Assembly: GCF_006345805.1 (NCBI RefSeq)
Contig: NC_042999.1
Coordinates: forward strand, 156,364,001-156,428,000
From: Octopus sinensis
Taxonomy: Eukaryota
Direction of reading: 5' to 3'
Length of the DNA stretch: 64,000 bases
The notes below the pieces were generated by a model. That model was not told the DNA's origin. It saw only the letters and a list, made by a program, of their open reading frames with translations, and searched no databases. Below, piece by piece: positions 49,976 through 63,499 of the stretch. Every line of letters starts with the position of its first letter. Position 1 is the stretch's first letter. The position numbers were made by a program, and so were the translations under genes.

Positions 49976-50387
49976 ACTAGCTGAGTACCCGTCGTGGCCG
50001 GGTAACTTGCACATCAGAATGCTTTGGGCTGACTTTCGGAATGGCACACCTATATAAGTTGCATTTTCTGCCTTGACGGGGTTTTTTCAAATTTTCTTTT
50101 TTCACCACATCCTTACAAATAATGGGTGGGTGGGTGGGGGGAACTTTTTTTAGTGAAAAAATCATTTTGAAAATTCATGAATCTATCCTCCCCACTTCTG
50201 AACTGATGTCCAAATTTTGTTTTGCTTTACGCACTTAAAAAACAATGGTAGACGCCTTTTTGGTAAAAAAAAAAAGAAACTTTTTAAATCGAAAATTTAT
50301 GAATCGTTTCAAACCTCTTCCCTCACTCAATTTTGGCCATTTTCTTTTTTGTTCTGTGCACTTAAAAACGATGGTGGAAGCCTTGAA

Positions 50388-50442
<55 letters not shown>

Positions 50443-50443
<1 letters not shown>

Positions 50444-50889
50444 GGGCTACAGCAAATATTCTGCTCAGTACCACAGATTTGCTTGTCAGTTGTTTGACCG
50501 TAACCAGTTGGGCATGTCCCTTAGTGGCTGACGATATGTGCATCTCCGATTCCGAGTAGAAGTAGTGGGGGAGCATCACAGCCATGTGTTGAGAGGGATT
50601 CTTTGGGGTCTGAATAATTCACCTCTGGAAAAACGGGTGTTTCATTCAACATCCTTAAACAACCCTTAATCAGGGACCTTTTGAGTGGGATGGGTTACCC
50701 GACCAGAAGAAAATTCTAACAGGTCATGCGCTGTTTATCTTGTTATGAGATCACCATGACGCGCACACATGGTTGTGATGCATGTGCCTAGTGTACCCGT
50801 ATCAGACGGGTAGTCATGATGGATATACTTGGCTTCGTATATTTTACCCCAGTGTCACTTTGATAGCATGCACTGCTCTCTCACTCAAT
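50443..50889 (+). mobile_element. 5'-truncated copy of the (AAT)n-flanked element
   Basis: Starts immediately after (AAT)n and ends ctctcactc(aat)n. Confidence 0.75.
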
Positions 50890-51534
50890 AATAATAATAA
50901 TGATGATGATGATGATGATGGTTTTGAGGGTGAAGCGGCGGTCATCATTACAATCCCCACTTCCTTTATTCTTAAACAGAAAATGAAAAATAATTTAAAA
51001 ACAGTAATGAAAGTTTAAGAAATATTTCATCAACATCGCCCCCACCTCGAAATTCTAAAATTTTGGCTTTCTTTCGAAGTTTAAAAAAAAAATTCGGACA
51101 GTCCGAATTTGCAATTTGTTTCTGTTTATAATTCCCATGTAATTTTCCGACGAAGCGGGGTGTGACTTATTGGAGCTTTAGCTATTGTTTCTAGCACATC
51201 CCACGACCACCTGGTACCTTTCTCGCTTCTTTGCCACTCTGACATTTATTAATGTTTTTCAATATTTTTCTTCCCATAAACACATTTTATGGAATGTTGA
51301 TGCTGTGGTCCATTGCTGGGGTATAAACAACATCAAAAATGAAAATTGCAATTTGTTTCTGTTAATAATTCCCAAGTAATTTTCAGACGATTAGGGGTGT
51401 GACTTATTGGCGATTTAGCTGTTGTTCCTAGCACATTCCACGACCACCTGGTCGTAAACATTACAAGTAAATATTACAAGACAAAGTTTTAAGCAAAATC
51501 AAAACAATGCGTGAGAGGTTAGGGTTTGAGAGAG

Positions 51535-51574
<40 letters not shown>

Positions 51575-51889
51575 AGTGAGAGAAAGAGAGTGAGAGACAG
51601 TAATTAAAGAGGGTGGTAAATATATACATATAGAGAGAGGGAAAGGTAAAAAAAAAAGAGATTGATGGTGATGTGTATATATATTTCCGGAACATAAGGA
51701 TACAACCACTAATCATCTCCAATCACCACCGGATCGGAAAAAAAAAAAAACACTTGTGTCTTAATTGACTTCAAATATTTTCAGCAGATCAGAGCTGACT
51801 TCCATTTTTCTCTTTCAAATCGGGTGTCAGCTATTGCAGTACCCACTTTGCACCCACTTTCCGATACCCCAAATCTTCAAGTATCTTCT

Positions 51890-53008
51890 GTAATGCAAGA
51901 TGATCAGTCAAGGTGTGCAGGAAGCTCATCCGAGAACAGTGCAGAGGATTCGGAAAGAGTTGGGTGAATCTAATGGTGATCACGAAGGTATGGCAGCTCA
52001 GAAAACTCACTCTGATCCTTCTGATAAAAAAAAAGAGAGAATTCCTGAATTTGTTGATGAGATCCAGGCTATGATTGATAACGATCCCTCCAAGTCAATC
52101 GGGTCCATCGACAGGGACACGAGAGTGTCTGAGTTTCTTATTAGGCAGGTAGTACATGAAGACATTCGATATTCCTCATACAAGATGAGAAAGGGCCAAC
52201 TTTAAACCCAAACCATCAAGGACAAGAGGAAAGATCGCTGCTTCGAAGCTTTTGAACAAACTCAAGAATCCCCTCCAACTAAACATGCTTTGGTTTCTAT
52301 CAGACGAGAAAATTTTCTGCCAGGATCAGATAGTAAACATACAGAACAACCACTGCCTTGCCGTGTCCCCAAAACGTGTATCGAGAGTAATAAAAATCAA
52401 ACATCCAGTCAACATCATGGTGCTTGGAGTGATCACTAGTGATGGCAACGTTATGCCTCCGTTCATCTTCCCATACGGCCAGAGTCTGAACACGGAGGCC
52501 TACATCAAGGGCTTGGAGGAAGTAGTGCTGCCCTGGGTCAAGAGGGTGGTTGCTGGCAGACCCTATGTCTGGCAAATGGACTCTGCACCATGCCACATAA
52601 GCAGGAGAATCTACTCATGACTGTCAGACATTTCTGCAACCACATCACCCCTAACATTTGGCCACCTAACTTCCCAGACTGCAACTCCCTTGATTATTAT
52701 GCGTGGGGCGCAGTTGAGCGAGAGACCAACAAAACTCCTTGTAACACCAAAAATGATCTGAAGGCAAAGATTATAACAGTATTCACCAACTTAAACAAGG
52801 AAACCGTCCAGAAGAGTCGCAGGAGATTCCGAAGTCATTTGAAGGCCGTGGTTGAAGCCAATGGCGATTTTATTGAATAAATTTACTCTTAAGTATTTCA
52901 AGATACTTTTCTGTAATATTGGCAAATATATCTGTTAAAATGTCATGTCAGTGTTTTTTTTCATTTTTGCGTTATTTAGACCACAATTTATTCACTGCGC
53001 CATGTATA
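51890..53008 (+). mobile_element. Decayed Tc1/mariner-superfamily transposase, maT (DD37D)-like; right TIR candidate near 52975-53008
   Basis: WFLSDEKIF; KHPVNIMVLGVITSDG; WQMDSAPCH; WPPNFPDCNSLDYYAWG; RFRSHLKAVVEANGDFIE; broken into three frames. Confidence 0.82.
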
Positions 53009-53654
53009 TCAGTTAATGAAATGCTCACTTTTGCATTACTTTTAGGACAACACTCGCGTGTGCGTGTGTCTGTGTTTCTGTGTGTGTGTGCGCGCACCCG
53101 TATATGTATGTATGTATGTACACACACACATGCACGCACACACGCACGCACACACATGCTCACACGCACACACATATCACGTCAGTAAATCATACATCCG
53201 GTAGAGAAGCACACACTAGGCTATAGATCAGTAGAGTATTTAGAGAAAGATAGTAATAGCCGGATCATTGGGTTACCCAGGGTTTTGGGTGTATAAATGG
53301 CTTAGGTTTACACACGTCTCGAGCTCTTACAATCTTATCCTTCCCTTGTGGATGTATAGATATCTCTTGATTCTACATATCTTCGTCTCTTCGAATTTCA
53401 ACAAAATATTTTCCCACCGTCTCCTTAACTAACACTTGAGACATGTCAAAAAGGAAACAACTCATATATACCATCGAAGTTTCATGAACCTTTACGGAAA
53501 TGGAAATTCGTTTGCAAATACTTTTTAAAACAAATATAAATATTTTTCATATTATCAAAAAACGTGCAGAGATGTAGGCCTGATTGTAAATGTATACAAA
53601 TGTGTGTAGTGTAGAGCTAGGAAGAAACCATTAGAGCCATCACTGTGTAGTGAT

Positions 53655-54072
53655 ATACTCTTTACTCTCTTTTACTCTTTTATTTGTTTCAGTCATTTGA
53701 CTGCGGCCATGCTGGAGCACCGCCTTTAGTCGAGCAAATCGACCCCGGGACTTATTCTTTGTAAGCCCAGTACTTATTCTATCGGTCTCTTTTGCCGAGC
53801 CGCTAAGTGACGGGGACGTAAACACACCAGCATCGGTTGTCAAGCAATGCTAGAGGGACAAACACAGACACACAAACATATACACACACATACATATATA
53901 TATATATACGACAGGCTTCTTTCAGTTTCCGTCTACCAAATCCACTCACAAAGCTTTGGTCGGCCCGAGGCTATAGCAGAGGACACTCGCCCAAGATGCC
54001 ACGCAGTGGGACTGAACCCGGAACCATGTGGCTGGTTTGCAAGCTACTTACCACACAGCCACTCCTGCGCCT
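53655..54072 (-). mobile_element. SINE family A
   Basis: Full-length. Confidence 0.85.
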
Positions 54073-54711
54073 AATATAATTTTCTTTCTCTCCATGGGCA
54101 GAAAATGGACTTATCTGAACTGCTTTAAATTTTTGTTTGATTCAGCACGAAACCACTGATAACCCTGTAATTCCTATTCGTAGCTCCTAACCGTTTTTAT
54201 GCTCCATACCCATAGAAAATGTTTGATTAATTTCCCACCACCACCTACGAGATAAATATCAATATCACACACACACACACACACACATTGTAACCAATTT
54301 ATATGGCACTTGGTGCGATGCAAAAACTTGTGGTTTTCTAACAGAAACGGAACCTAGCATTGGTAGATTTCTGGAATTAAATTCATTGGCTCAGCATCAA
54401 GTCTGTGATTATCGGTTCCTCTATGCTTATTCTTAAGTATTCTTTAAACTTGAATGTCTTTGAATTTAAGTTGGAAAACCACTCTAAATTAAATGCTTTG
54501 TCAGCGATCATTTCTTGTGTAAATGAAACTAAAGTTACACATAATAATTATTCCGTTTTCTTCCGTTTGACATGATAAAAAGTTAATCTGAACAAAGAAT
54601 AAAAGCAATCCATCTCTGACCTGCTTTTGCCATTTAGAGCTGGCAAATGCTCTCTCAGTCCATGATTTTAGTTTCGGCCAGTCTCGGTCGAATAGTAGGG
54701 TGTTATTATTT

Positions 54712-54718
54712 GCTTGCT

Positions 54719-54774
<56 letters not shown>

Positions 54775-54995
54775 TCCTTCCTTCCTTCCTTCCTTCCTTC
54801 CTTCTTTCTTTCTTTCTTCCCTTCCTTCTTTCCTTCCTTCCTTCTTTCTTTCTGTCTTTCTTTCTTTCTTTCTTTCTTTCTGTCTTTCTTTCTTTCTTTC
54901 TTTCCCCCTTCCTCCCTTCCTCCCTTTCTTTCCTTCCTTCCTCCCCTCCTTTCTTTCCTTCCTTCCTTCCTTCCTTCCTTCCTTCCTTTCTTTCT
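54712..54995. repeat. (CTTT)n/(CCTT)n microsatellite
   Basis: Direct inspection. Confidence 0.95.
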
Positions 54996-57730
54996 TAACA
55001 CTATAATACTCCTCTAACAAAGAAGCTGTTATTCATAAAATAATAAATTATGCATCCATTCTATATTTTGATAAACGAAGATTTTTGTAACTCAGCCGGA
55101 GTCTTGAGATTTTGACGATAACAAATGGCACGATTTACACACAGATTCTTTTCATTCACTTCCTGTCTTACTCTTTCCTCATTTACTATTCCAAGCATTC
55201 ACCTGCAACCACATTTATAATTCATTAAAGCTTTAATAAGATCAAAATCAAAAAAAATATTTTGCTTGCATTTCAACGAAGGTAAATGTCCACTAAAGAT
55301 GTTTATATTGTTTAGTTGATTGTTTGAGAATAGTTATTCAAATACTTCATTCACAATCATATTTGATAGAACATTTTTATATCAGTAGCTTGTAATGTAC
55401 CATGTGAGTTAGGTACAGGAAGAGAAGGAAGAAAAAAGTGATATTTGACTATGCAACAAAAGTCTGAGCTCAAACTATAATCCCCAGATGAAAAATATAC
55501 TGAAATTGCTAAAAATTTTAACATTTTTCAGAGCAGTGTAACTGCAATCTTATATCATAAAAGACAAACTGATCTCCATCTGTCTGTCCGTCACAAGATA
55601 TATGATATGTGAAAGAAGGGAAAGAAAGAGAGGAATCAACAGGAGAGATAACCTCTGTCATAACATACATAGAAGGGGAGAAAAAGTTGTTGTTGAGAAA
55701 TACATCGAGAGAGAAAGAGAGAGAGCGAGAGAGCGTGTGCGTGAAAGACAGATAGGTAGTGTTATCACCATAGTAACTAACAAGATTTGATTAAAAACGT
55801 AGGAATTTTTGGTGCAAGTCTGTCAACACTACGCAACACAGACTTCAAAACAAAAACAAAGCCCTTCACTATATACCAGTATAGGCAGTTATATTTTTAG
55901 TTATTTGTATGTGCGTGTGTATGTATTACTGTGTGTGTGTATGTATTACTGTGTGTGTATATGTGTGTGTCTGTGTATGTGTATGTCTTTCAACATAAAG
56001 ACAATGCAATACACACTTAAAAAAACAAAACTTTCATTGCAATGACAGAATGTCGTTGTTGAGAGAGAAATTCAGTGAGAGAGTGAGTGTGAGTGTGAGT
56101 GTATGTGTGTGTGAAAGATAGATAGGTATAGTGTTGTCACCATAACTAATGAGTCTGCCACTATTTAACAGTATACTATTAAAAGAAGTTAAGTGCGTAG
56201 CGACGGTAGGATATAGTTATCTATAAGATAACTTGCTGATAAAACGAGAATGCAACGAAATTAGTACACGAATAAATTTTAAAATACAAATTAATGAATA
56301 AATAAACAAAAGAAATAAAAAATTTATTTTGTTTACAGCTTTGTCAAAGTTCTATATTAACCCTTAAACCGTGCGTTAGAAATTGTGTGTGTATGTGTGT
56401 GTGCGTGCGCGTATATACACACGCGCATGCACGCACGCACATACACACACTTGTGGCTGTATGGTTAAAAAGTCTGCCTCCAGCCACACAATTCCAGGGC
56501 CAGTCTCACTGTATAGCACCTTGAGTAAATGTTTTCTACTATAGCCTCGGGTCGATCATGGCCTAGTGAGTGGATCTGGTAGACGGAAACTGAAAAGAAT
56601 CCCGTCGTTTATATATATATGTGTGTATGCGCAAGCGTACCTTGCTCCATTTATGTTTGTTCCTCACCACCGCTTGACAACTGGTGTTGGTGTGGTTATG
56701 TCCGCGTAACTTAGCAGTTCGGCAAAATATACCGGTAGAATTAGTACCAGTAGAATTAGTACCAGGCTTTACCAATAAAAGCATAAGTACTGGGTCAATT
56801 CATTCGACTAAAAATTCTTGAAAGTGGTGCTCCAGTGTGGCCACAGTTTAATCACCGAAACAAATAAACGATAAAAGAAGTAGCTCCTAGATCTTTCAAA
56901 GACTTCCGTGCCCGCTCTTCCGGCTGTCAATATCATCACTGACCGCATCCTAGCTCGTCTCTCGTTTCCACCTTATCCCATGTCATTTCCTCCTCCCTTC
57001 TCTTCCTCCTCCTTCTTCTTCTCCTCCTCACCCCACCACCACCACCATCTCCCCTCCCCATCCTTCACTCCATCCCTCCGTCACATAAATGTATGTATAT
57101 ATGCATATATTTATATTATTATATGATTGAACGCAACGCAACCTTTTCCAAGTAAGTTTTATCTTAATAATTATGATGCGCACTCTTCACCTTTACTATT
57201 TCACTCTGTCTATCTCTGTCCCTCTCTTGTTCTTCATCCTTTCTGGTTTTCTCTCCCACCCTTCCCTATTCTTCTCCTTTCCCTTACACCGTTCCCTCTC
57301 TCTTACTCCTCCTCCTCATAAGCTGTCTCCTTAAGCGTTCAGAATAATTTCTCCATCGTCTTGGCTTAACAACCCTCACCGTTATTTTTACTGTGTTATT
57401 CTCTTTGTTCTGTCTTTTACTGTTTTTACTGTCTTGTTTTGTTCTTACTGTCCTGTCCTTGTTACCACTTTTACCCCGACGCAAAAAACCCAAATTTTAT
57501 TTAATTTGCTTTGCGGGAAGGACTGTTTCAACGAAGTCGTGTCTTGTCCTTACCCTCGGAACACGGAGTAGTCGAAGCAGGGACAACTGAAGAAGGGGAA
57601 TATTCCTTGTGTTGTATGTCTTGTACTCTGTTTTTTCGTTGTTTGAAAAAAGTTCGTTTCCATGTTTTTGTTTTTATGTTTTCGTTTCTCATTGTGTTCA
57701 ACGTTTTTTTTTATGTCCTGTACCCATATA

Positions 57731-57800
<70 letters not shown>

Positions 57801-57935
57801 TTATGTACATATATGCGTGTATATATATAGGCATATATTTATATTTTTATATTATATGTATATATATATAATTTATTTTTCGTAATGGGATAATAAAACC
57901 AAGGCTGAGCAGATTTTAGAACATTTACAGATAGA

Positions 57936-57981
57936 TCTTACAGCTGTTTTCAGGATATTTATTACATCCCTTCATCGGAGA
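57936..57981 (-). ncRNA. Degenerate HHR-like motif
   Basis: UCU-CCGAUGA-A-GGGAUGU(AAUAA)AUAUCCU-GAAAA-CAGCUG-UA^AGA; U4->C and an extra A; palindromic ACAGCUGU. Confidence 0.45.
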
Positions 57982-58264
57982 CGGTGTGAGAGAGATACTT
58001 AAGATATAAATTAAAAAGCCAGAAACAAATACACGCCTAAATAAATATAATCACACATGACTTAATACTATTTACGATATAAAAACAATTAACGATTATT
58101 TATTTACTTCACAAAGTATCGCGAAAGCGAAAACTTTCAATATATTACGTACATATATAAGTCAACACACACGTATATCAATATATTCTTTTTTTTTTTT
58201 GCTATATTCCTAGCATTTGAGAAATTAATAGTCAAATAAACCATGTATAGAATCTACCATCGAT

Positions 58265-58756
58265 TTAAAATATATTCAAGTTTATTCCCTGCTCGAGGAG
58301 TTCCTTCTGAATTCGAGCGTCCATCCTTTCATTTTGAGCGACTGTCATCCATTCTTTCCACGTAGAAACTTTTCCTGAAAAGAGAAAGAAGAATAGTAGG
58401 TAACCATCGAAGAATTTAGTTGTATCTTTTCTGTTTTCATTGTTACTGTTGTCGTCGGGGGTGTTTGCTAGAATATGCATATATAATGACGGATGCCTTA
58501 TTTCAGGATGTGTCCCCCCCCACCCATACACACACGCACACACTCCCTTTTTTCCTTTCGTTTTAGTCCTTAACATCTAACACATTTACCGGTTCAGTTT
58601 CCACTCATTCGTTATTATTTATGTTATTCTTTACTCGGAAAAGGAACCAAGGGCTAGTATCAGAAAGGGCAAACATGGAAAAGTGAACTAAAACGAAAGA
58701 GAAAATGTGTATGCGTATATGTGTGTGTAAATATACATACATACATACATACATAC

Positions 58757-58834
<78 letters not shown>

Positions 58835-61800
58835 TAATGGAGTTTAACGCAGGTTTTATTCAATTCTTTTACTTCCGACACATGTTTCGAAGATATCACT
58901 GGTATAATTTCAAAGGAATAAAACGGTGAAAAACAATGTAATCTTCTCTTCAGGAAAATGAAGAAATGAAACTCGTCAATAAGACATTTTAACAGAATAT
59001 GATGGATATATATAGTGATTAACTGAACGCTATTAATTTAAAAAAAAAAAAACGTTATAGGATATAACGTCAAAGGTAACCTGTAGAAAGAGGAAGGTAT
59101 TGAGAGAGTGATTGAGTGAGAGAGGAGAGCCTCTTTTGATGCATTACTTCTCGGACGTGACATGGAGTGTCTACATCGTCAACCTACTCTCAGTTGATCC
59201 AACCGAGTTGCCTGTCGGGACCGGGGAACAAGAGGAAATGATAGATATTCAGGCTGAAGAGATAGCAAAGAAGAAGCACAAAGAATTGGTTCCTACGTAG
59301 GCTCGAAACGTCAAAGATTTTCTCACCTTCCCGAGCGTTAAACTAATACACCTGTCTTGGTCTTTTGTTTTTCTGTAAATCTCAGCTATATATATGTATA
59401 TATATATATAATCGATTAAGTAAACAGAAGATAGAATTGGTATAACTCTGCGACTGTTCTTTATGAGTGGGATGCTGTCCATCATATTGTACTGCATCAG
59501 TTTTGCAGTCTGGGTCACAACAGTAGATTTATACATAAGGTGGTGTCTTGTTAATGATCTTGAGTTTGGACTGTCAAGTTGTTATTTTCCCGATTCAGTT
59601 AGGGAATGAGGCACGCTACGATTGTCCTTATTATTAAATATTCATAACAAATAATGTGTACACACACACACACACGCACAAACTGTAGAAAAGAAAGAAA
59701 GAAAAAAGATAATTTTTTTTTTTATCAAGAGAAAGTAAATGGGAGAGATATAGATAGTATGAGACCGGTAGAGGAAAAATTAGATTAAATTAGATTTAAG
59801 GGGACGGAAGGGTACTAGAAAAAGGAAAGAAAGTATATATACAGGCGAAATTGTCTGGGATAGTGATATAGATTGGATGGACCCCAATTCTGATAAAGTC
59901 ATTCAACTGGAGGCTTTCAATGCCAGGGTTGGAACAGATTGGCAAACATGGAACTCTCTAGGACGTTTTGGTACAGGGAAAATGAATAGCAATGGCCTCA
60001 TGCTGCTGGAGCTTTGCGATGAACGTGGACTTCACATCGCAAGCACTCATTTTATGCACAAGGTGATCACACAACAATGTTGATGCATCCAAGATCTAAA
60101 GTTTGGCACTTATTTGAGCAAAAAAGACGAATAAAGAGATATTAAATGCCATACGCACGTGTATACACACGCATACACATATATGTTCATAAAAACACAC
60201 ACGCGCACATACATGTACATACACATGCACATACATACACACACATCTGTATCTTGAAACTGAAGTTCTCACCTGAACGAAAAAATCCACTGTTATCTTT
60301 GAAATTTATTTTCAAAACATCTTCTTTAACAGATATTTTCTCCTTTTTCATTCTGTCAAATGTGCACATATCTGCAATATCTTTAATCAGTTGCTCATCA
60401 ATTTCCTTGCCTAGAAATTTTGCAATCAATGATACGATTTTAACAAGATCCTGTTCAGAAGAGAATACAGACATATTAAACTTTAAACTTTCACTTTCTC
60501 TTCCTTCTTGTCATACATTTAATCATCCAATATTTGTTACACAGAGGGCTGGCTTGATATCTTGCTTTGTTAATTCTTTATACTTTTTCATTAAATTACC
60601 CTTTACTTAATTGTTCCTGTTGTGGTCGTTAAGCTCAACGTCATCCTTCATTAAACAGACCTATGATCAAAAGAGTTCCACTCGTGACCATTCTGTCGTT
60701 TTTTCAGGTATAGATTATATAAGATCATATCATCCGAATGTATCATTTCCTTGTTTAAACCGCTGGGCGTTATTTGATGAAAATGTTACTACTATTGGGT
60801 CGGCAACTAAGTTCTCGCCGTTTTTTAAAATTAAAATTTTTTAAATACTAATTCTTAAAAGCAGAAATCGTAAAAGATAAATTGCTTCTAAAATAACAAC
60901 TAATTAATCAATTATGTATTTACCCTTGTTGTTTACAACTTCTTCCAAACGTTCAACAAGATTTTCAATACCTCGTTCGTAGAAATCATTCGATTTTGAC
61001 TTGAAAAATTGATCCAACCAAGCTCTCAACGAAACTCCGCACATAGCATTTGAAAGAGATCGAAAGAGGAGGAAATCCGTTGGTGCCAAATCAGGAGAGT
61101 ACAGCGGGTAGGCAGCACTTCCTAGCCATGGTTTTGAATGGCTTTCTTGGTCATATTGGCGATATGAGGGCGGGCGTGGTCGTGCAGCAGAAGAACTCCA
61201 TGCTGCCGATTAGGTCTTTTCTCTTGAATAACCGTGTTGAGTCGTTCCATCTGTTGAACATAGAGTTCCGCGTTGACCGTTTGGTTCCGTTCAAGCAATT
61301 CGTAATGGATAATCTCTTCCCAGTCCCACCATACACACAACATCGTTTTACGCGGATGAAGATCTTGTTTCGTGCGCGGTGTCGCTTGTTTACCGGGGCT
61401 AAGCCATTCCTTACGCAGATCATACAGGCACCATTTTTCGTCGCCAGTAACGATTCGGTAAAGAAATCGTGGCTTGTGTCCATGACTTGAGCGGTGACGA
61501 GCAAGCAAACCAGCGGAGATTGTGGCTCGTTGGTTTTTGTTGTTGTCACCTAAAGCATGCGGAACCCATGCTCCATACTTCTGAACCTTTCCCATCGAGT
61601 AAAGATGCTGCTCTATAGCAGTGTGGGAGCATTCCATTATCTCTGCCAGTTCCCTTGCCGTTTGATGAGAATTTTCGTGCAAAAGTTGGTTTAATAGTCT
61701 TCGTCGAACTCAACTGAACGGCCAGAACGAGGTGCGTCTTTGAGATCAAAATTTCCGTTTTTGGACTTGGTATACCAATCAGGAGCGGTTCTTTCAGCTA

Positions 61801-63342
61801 TGGCACCCTCTCCATACACTGCACAAATGTCTCGAACAGCTTTTTCGGCCCTAGAACCCTGATTAAAAGCAAAAAGGTGTCGAAAATGCACGTTTTTCTT
61901 AACTTGACATTCCGTTTTAATGATCTGAAAATAAACAAAAATTAACTAAAAAAAAAAAACACGAACTAAGTGAGATTCTCAACTAGGCTTGGTATGGAAT
62001 ATTTAGACTTCTTGTCATTCGACCGTCTAACGGCTTGGCCGATTAGACTCAAACTCCATACACAATAACATTAGTCATAAAAATCGCTGTAATTAGCCGA
62101 AAGAAAGCAATGTTGCACAAACCCTTTATACTAGTGAAAAAGGAATGATATATGAAAGTAAAGAGAAAAAAAGGATCTTTTCGGTTTGAACGGCAGTTTT
62201 TAACATAATTTCTAGGTAACTAAAAAATTTTAAACTTCGTATACTGGTAGAATGTGTTTATAAAACATCTATTTCTCTTGGCTTTATTGAGAAAATTCTA
62301 TAGTTTGTAAGATATTTGTTGTTTTTTTCTTCAATTTCTGCAATTTCAACCAATCACTGACGTCCATTGAGGTAAAAACATTCTGTACCGTATGAATACG
62401 TCCCTCGTTTAAGAAACAGATTGGGTTTATTTACATTTGTGAAGGAGAAAAGATACCATTCCCCCAACCGTAACCCTAACCCTAACCCTAACTAACCCCA
62501 ACCCTAAAAGAGGTTCACATGCAATAGATCGATACTAAGGTCATAATTATGGGTGACAATTTCATATGACACCCCTAGAAAAAACTGCCGTTCAAACCGA
62601 AAAGATCCGAAAAAAATAATAAAGAGAAGAATGAGACAGTGGTAAGAAGTAGAAGAAAAAAAAAAAGATAGCTATGGAACACCTACCTTCGAAGCCTCTT
62701 CATATGTTATTACGAGAGCATTGGGGTTGTCTTTGAGTATTGGCCACCACTGTCTTGTGTATTCAAAATAATCACCCCTCGGGACTGTAACGCCAGAAAA
62801 CGAAATTTGTTCACAATTAATGTATACGTTGTGGGACTGTCCATTCGTTTGAAATTGAAGAATTTTTAACTACCCTATAAAAATCATTTACTTTGTGAAA
62901 GTGTCTAAGTTTTTTTTTTTATCTCGAAATCTTTCCTTTGCCCAATAACACTTTCATTGTTTCTTCTACGGCCCAACGGGTTACAACATTTACCTGACAA
63001 TTCCCTGACTTAAACATGACTTACCGTTTCCGTCCATGAAGAGCTCAAAGAAACTGTGGAAGTTGCCATCATACTGAATAATTTCGATACTCCACATATG
63101 TCTGTAATAAGAAACTACCACAGACTTAGGGTTACGCGCGATGAAAATGATTTTGTTATTCTTAAGTAATGCTTCAGGCAGAAAGGTAGGGTGTAAGTGT
63201 GTGTTGAGCACCCTTGGAGATGGTTTTGAATCCAGTTGATCTTTAAGCATGAAGTCTATCATATTTTCTTCTTTAATACTGGGAATTCTTTCAGCTTTTC
63301 CATTGACGATCATACTCGTTACCTCCCAGATCCAGTGGGTTC
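58265..63342 (-). CDS. Cytosolic sulfotransferase-like gene, copy 2, partial (exons 2-5: 63342-63025, 62784-62687, 60450-60273, 58374-58265; exon 1 beyond window end)
   Basis: Same exon sizes (318, 98, 178, 110) and intact splice sites as copy 1. By hand alignment there are 12 substitutions in 704 nt, no indels and no stops. Confidence 0.9.
58871..58959 (-). ncRNA. Type I hammerhead ribozyme candidate with fully canonical core and long loop II
   Basis: AUUUUC-CUGAAGA-GAAGAU(about 46 nt)AUCUUC-GAAAC-AUGU-GUC^GGAAGU; lies in SULT copy 2 intron 4 on the sense strand. Confidence 0.6.
59296..59395 (+). mobile_element. PLE terminal fragment (same family as 30660-30795), 3' half of HHR only
   Basis: gtaggctcgaaacgtcaaaga...ccgagcg..actaataca..cctg..gtcttttgt matches the reverse complement of 30660-30780. 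Confidence 0.55.
59880..60115 (+). mobile_element. RTE-clade LINE endonuclease fragment
   Basis: AFNARVGTDWQTWNSLGRFGTGKMNSNGLMLLELC..LHIASTHF resembles the RTE APE consensus GDFNARVG..GK.NSNG..LL.LC..L.I.NT.F. Confidence 0.75.
60904..61915 (-). mobile_element. Decayed mariner (DD34D-type) transposase gene; TIRs not evident
   Basis: ACG-ECQVKKNVHFRHLFAF..; WVPHAL; IVTGDEKW; HPRKTMLCVWWD; LLHDHARPH; (YSP)DLAPTDFLLFRSL; frameshifts present. Absent from SULT copy 1 intron 3. Confidence 0.9.
62173..62608. mobile_element. Paralogous copy of the same MITE in SULT copy 2 intron 3
   Basis: Same TIRs at the paralogous position; longer (TAACCC)n tract. Confidence 0.85.
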
Positions 63343-63466
63343 CTGTTATTAAAATTTAATACAACGTAATTATATGACCGCAGACTAATGACTGAAACAA
63401 CTAAAGATAAAATATATGATTATGCTATTCTCGACATAATAATGATAATAATAATAATAATAATAA

Positions 63467-63499
<33 letters not shown>

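Noticed and set aside
48530-50057. Long ORFs (up to 484 aa) of HTYI/MYVC repeats
   Set aside because: They are translations of a (CATA)n microsatellite, open in many frames on both strands; the same applies to the [12 protein letters not shown] and KERK ORFs elsewhere.
51106-51452. Direct repeat of about 110 bp separated by a spacer, CRISPR-like or regulatory
   Set aside because: Only two diverged copies in a eukaryotic context; an ordinary local duplication. No CRISPR arrays are present in the window.
59112-59300. GC-richer 62-aa ORF
   Set aside because: No recognisable motif or splice signals in any frame; left unassigned.
59244-59320. CUGAAGA at 59244 combined with GAAAC-GUC near 59305 as one HHR
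   Set aside because: No helix II or helix I pairing; the 3' half belongs to a truncated PLE terminus.
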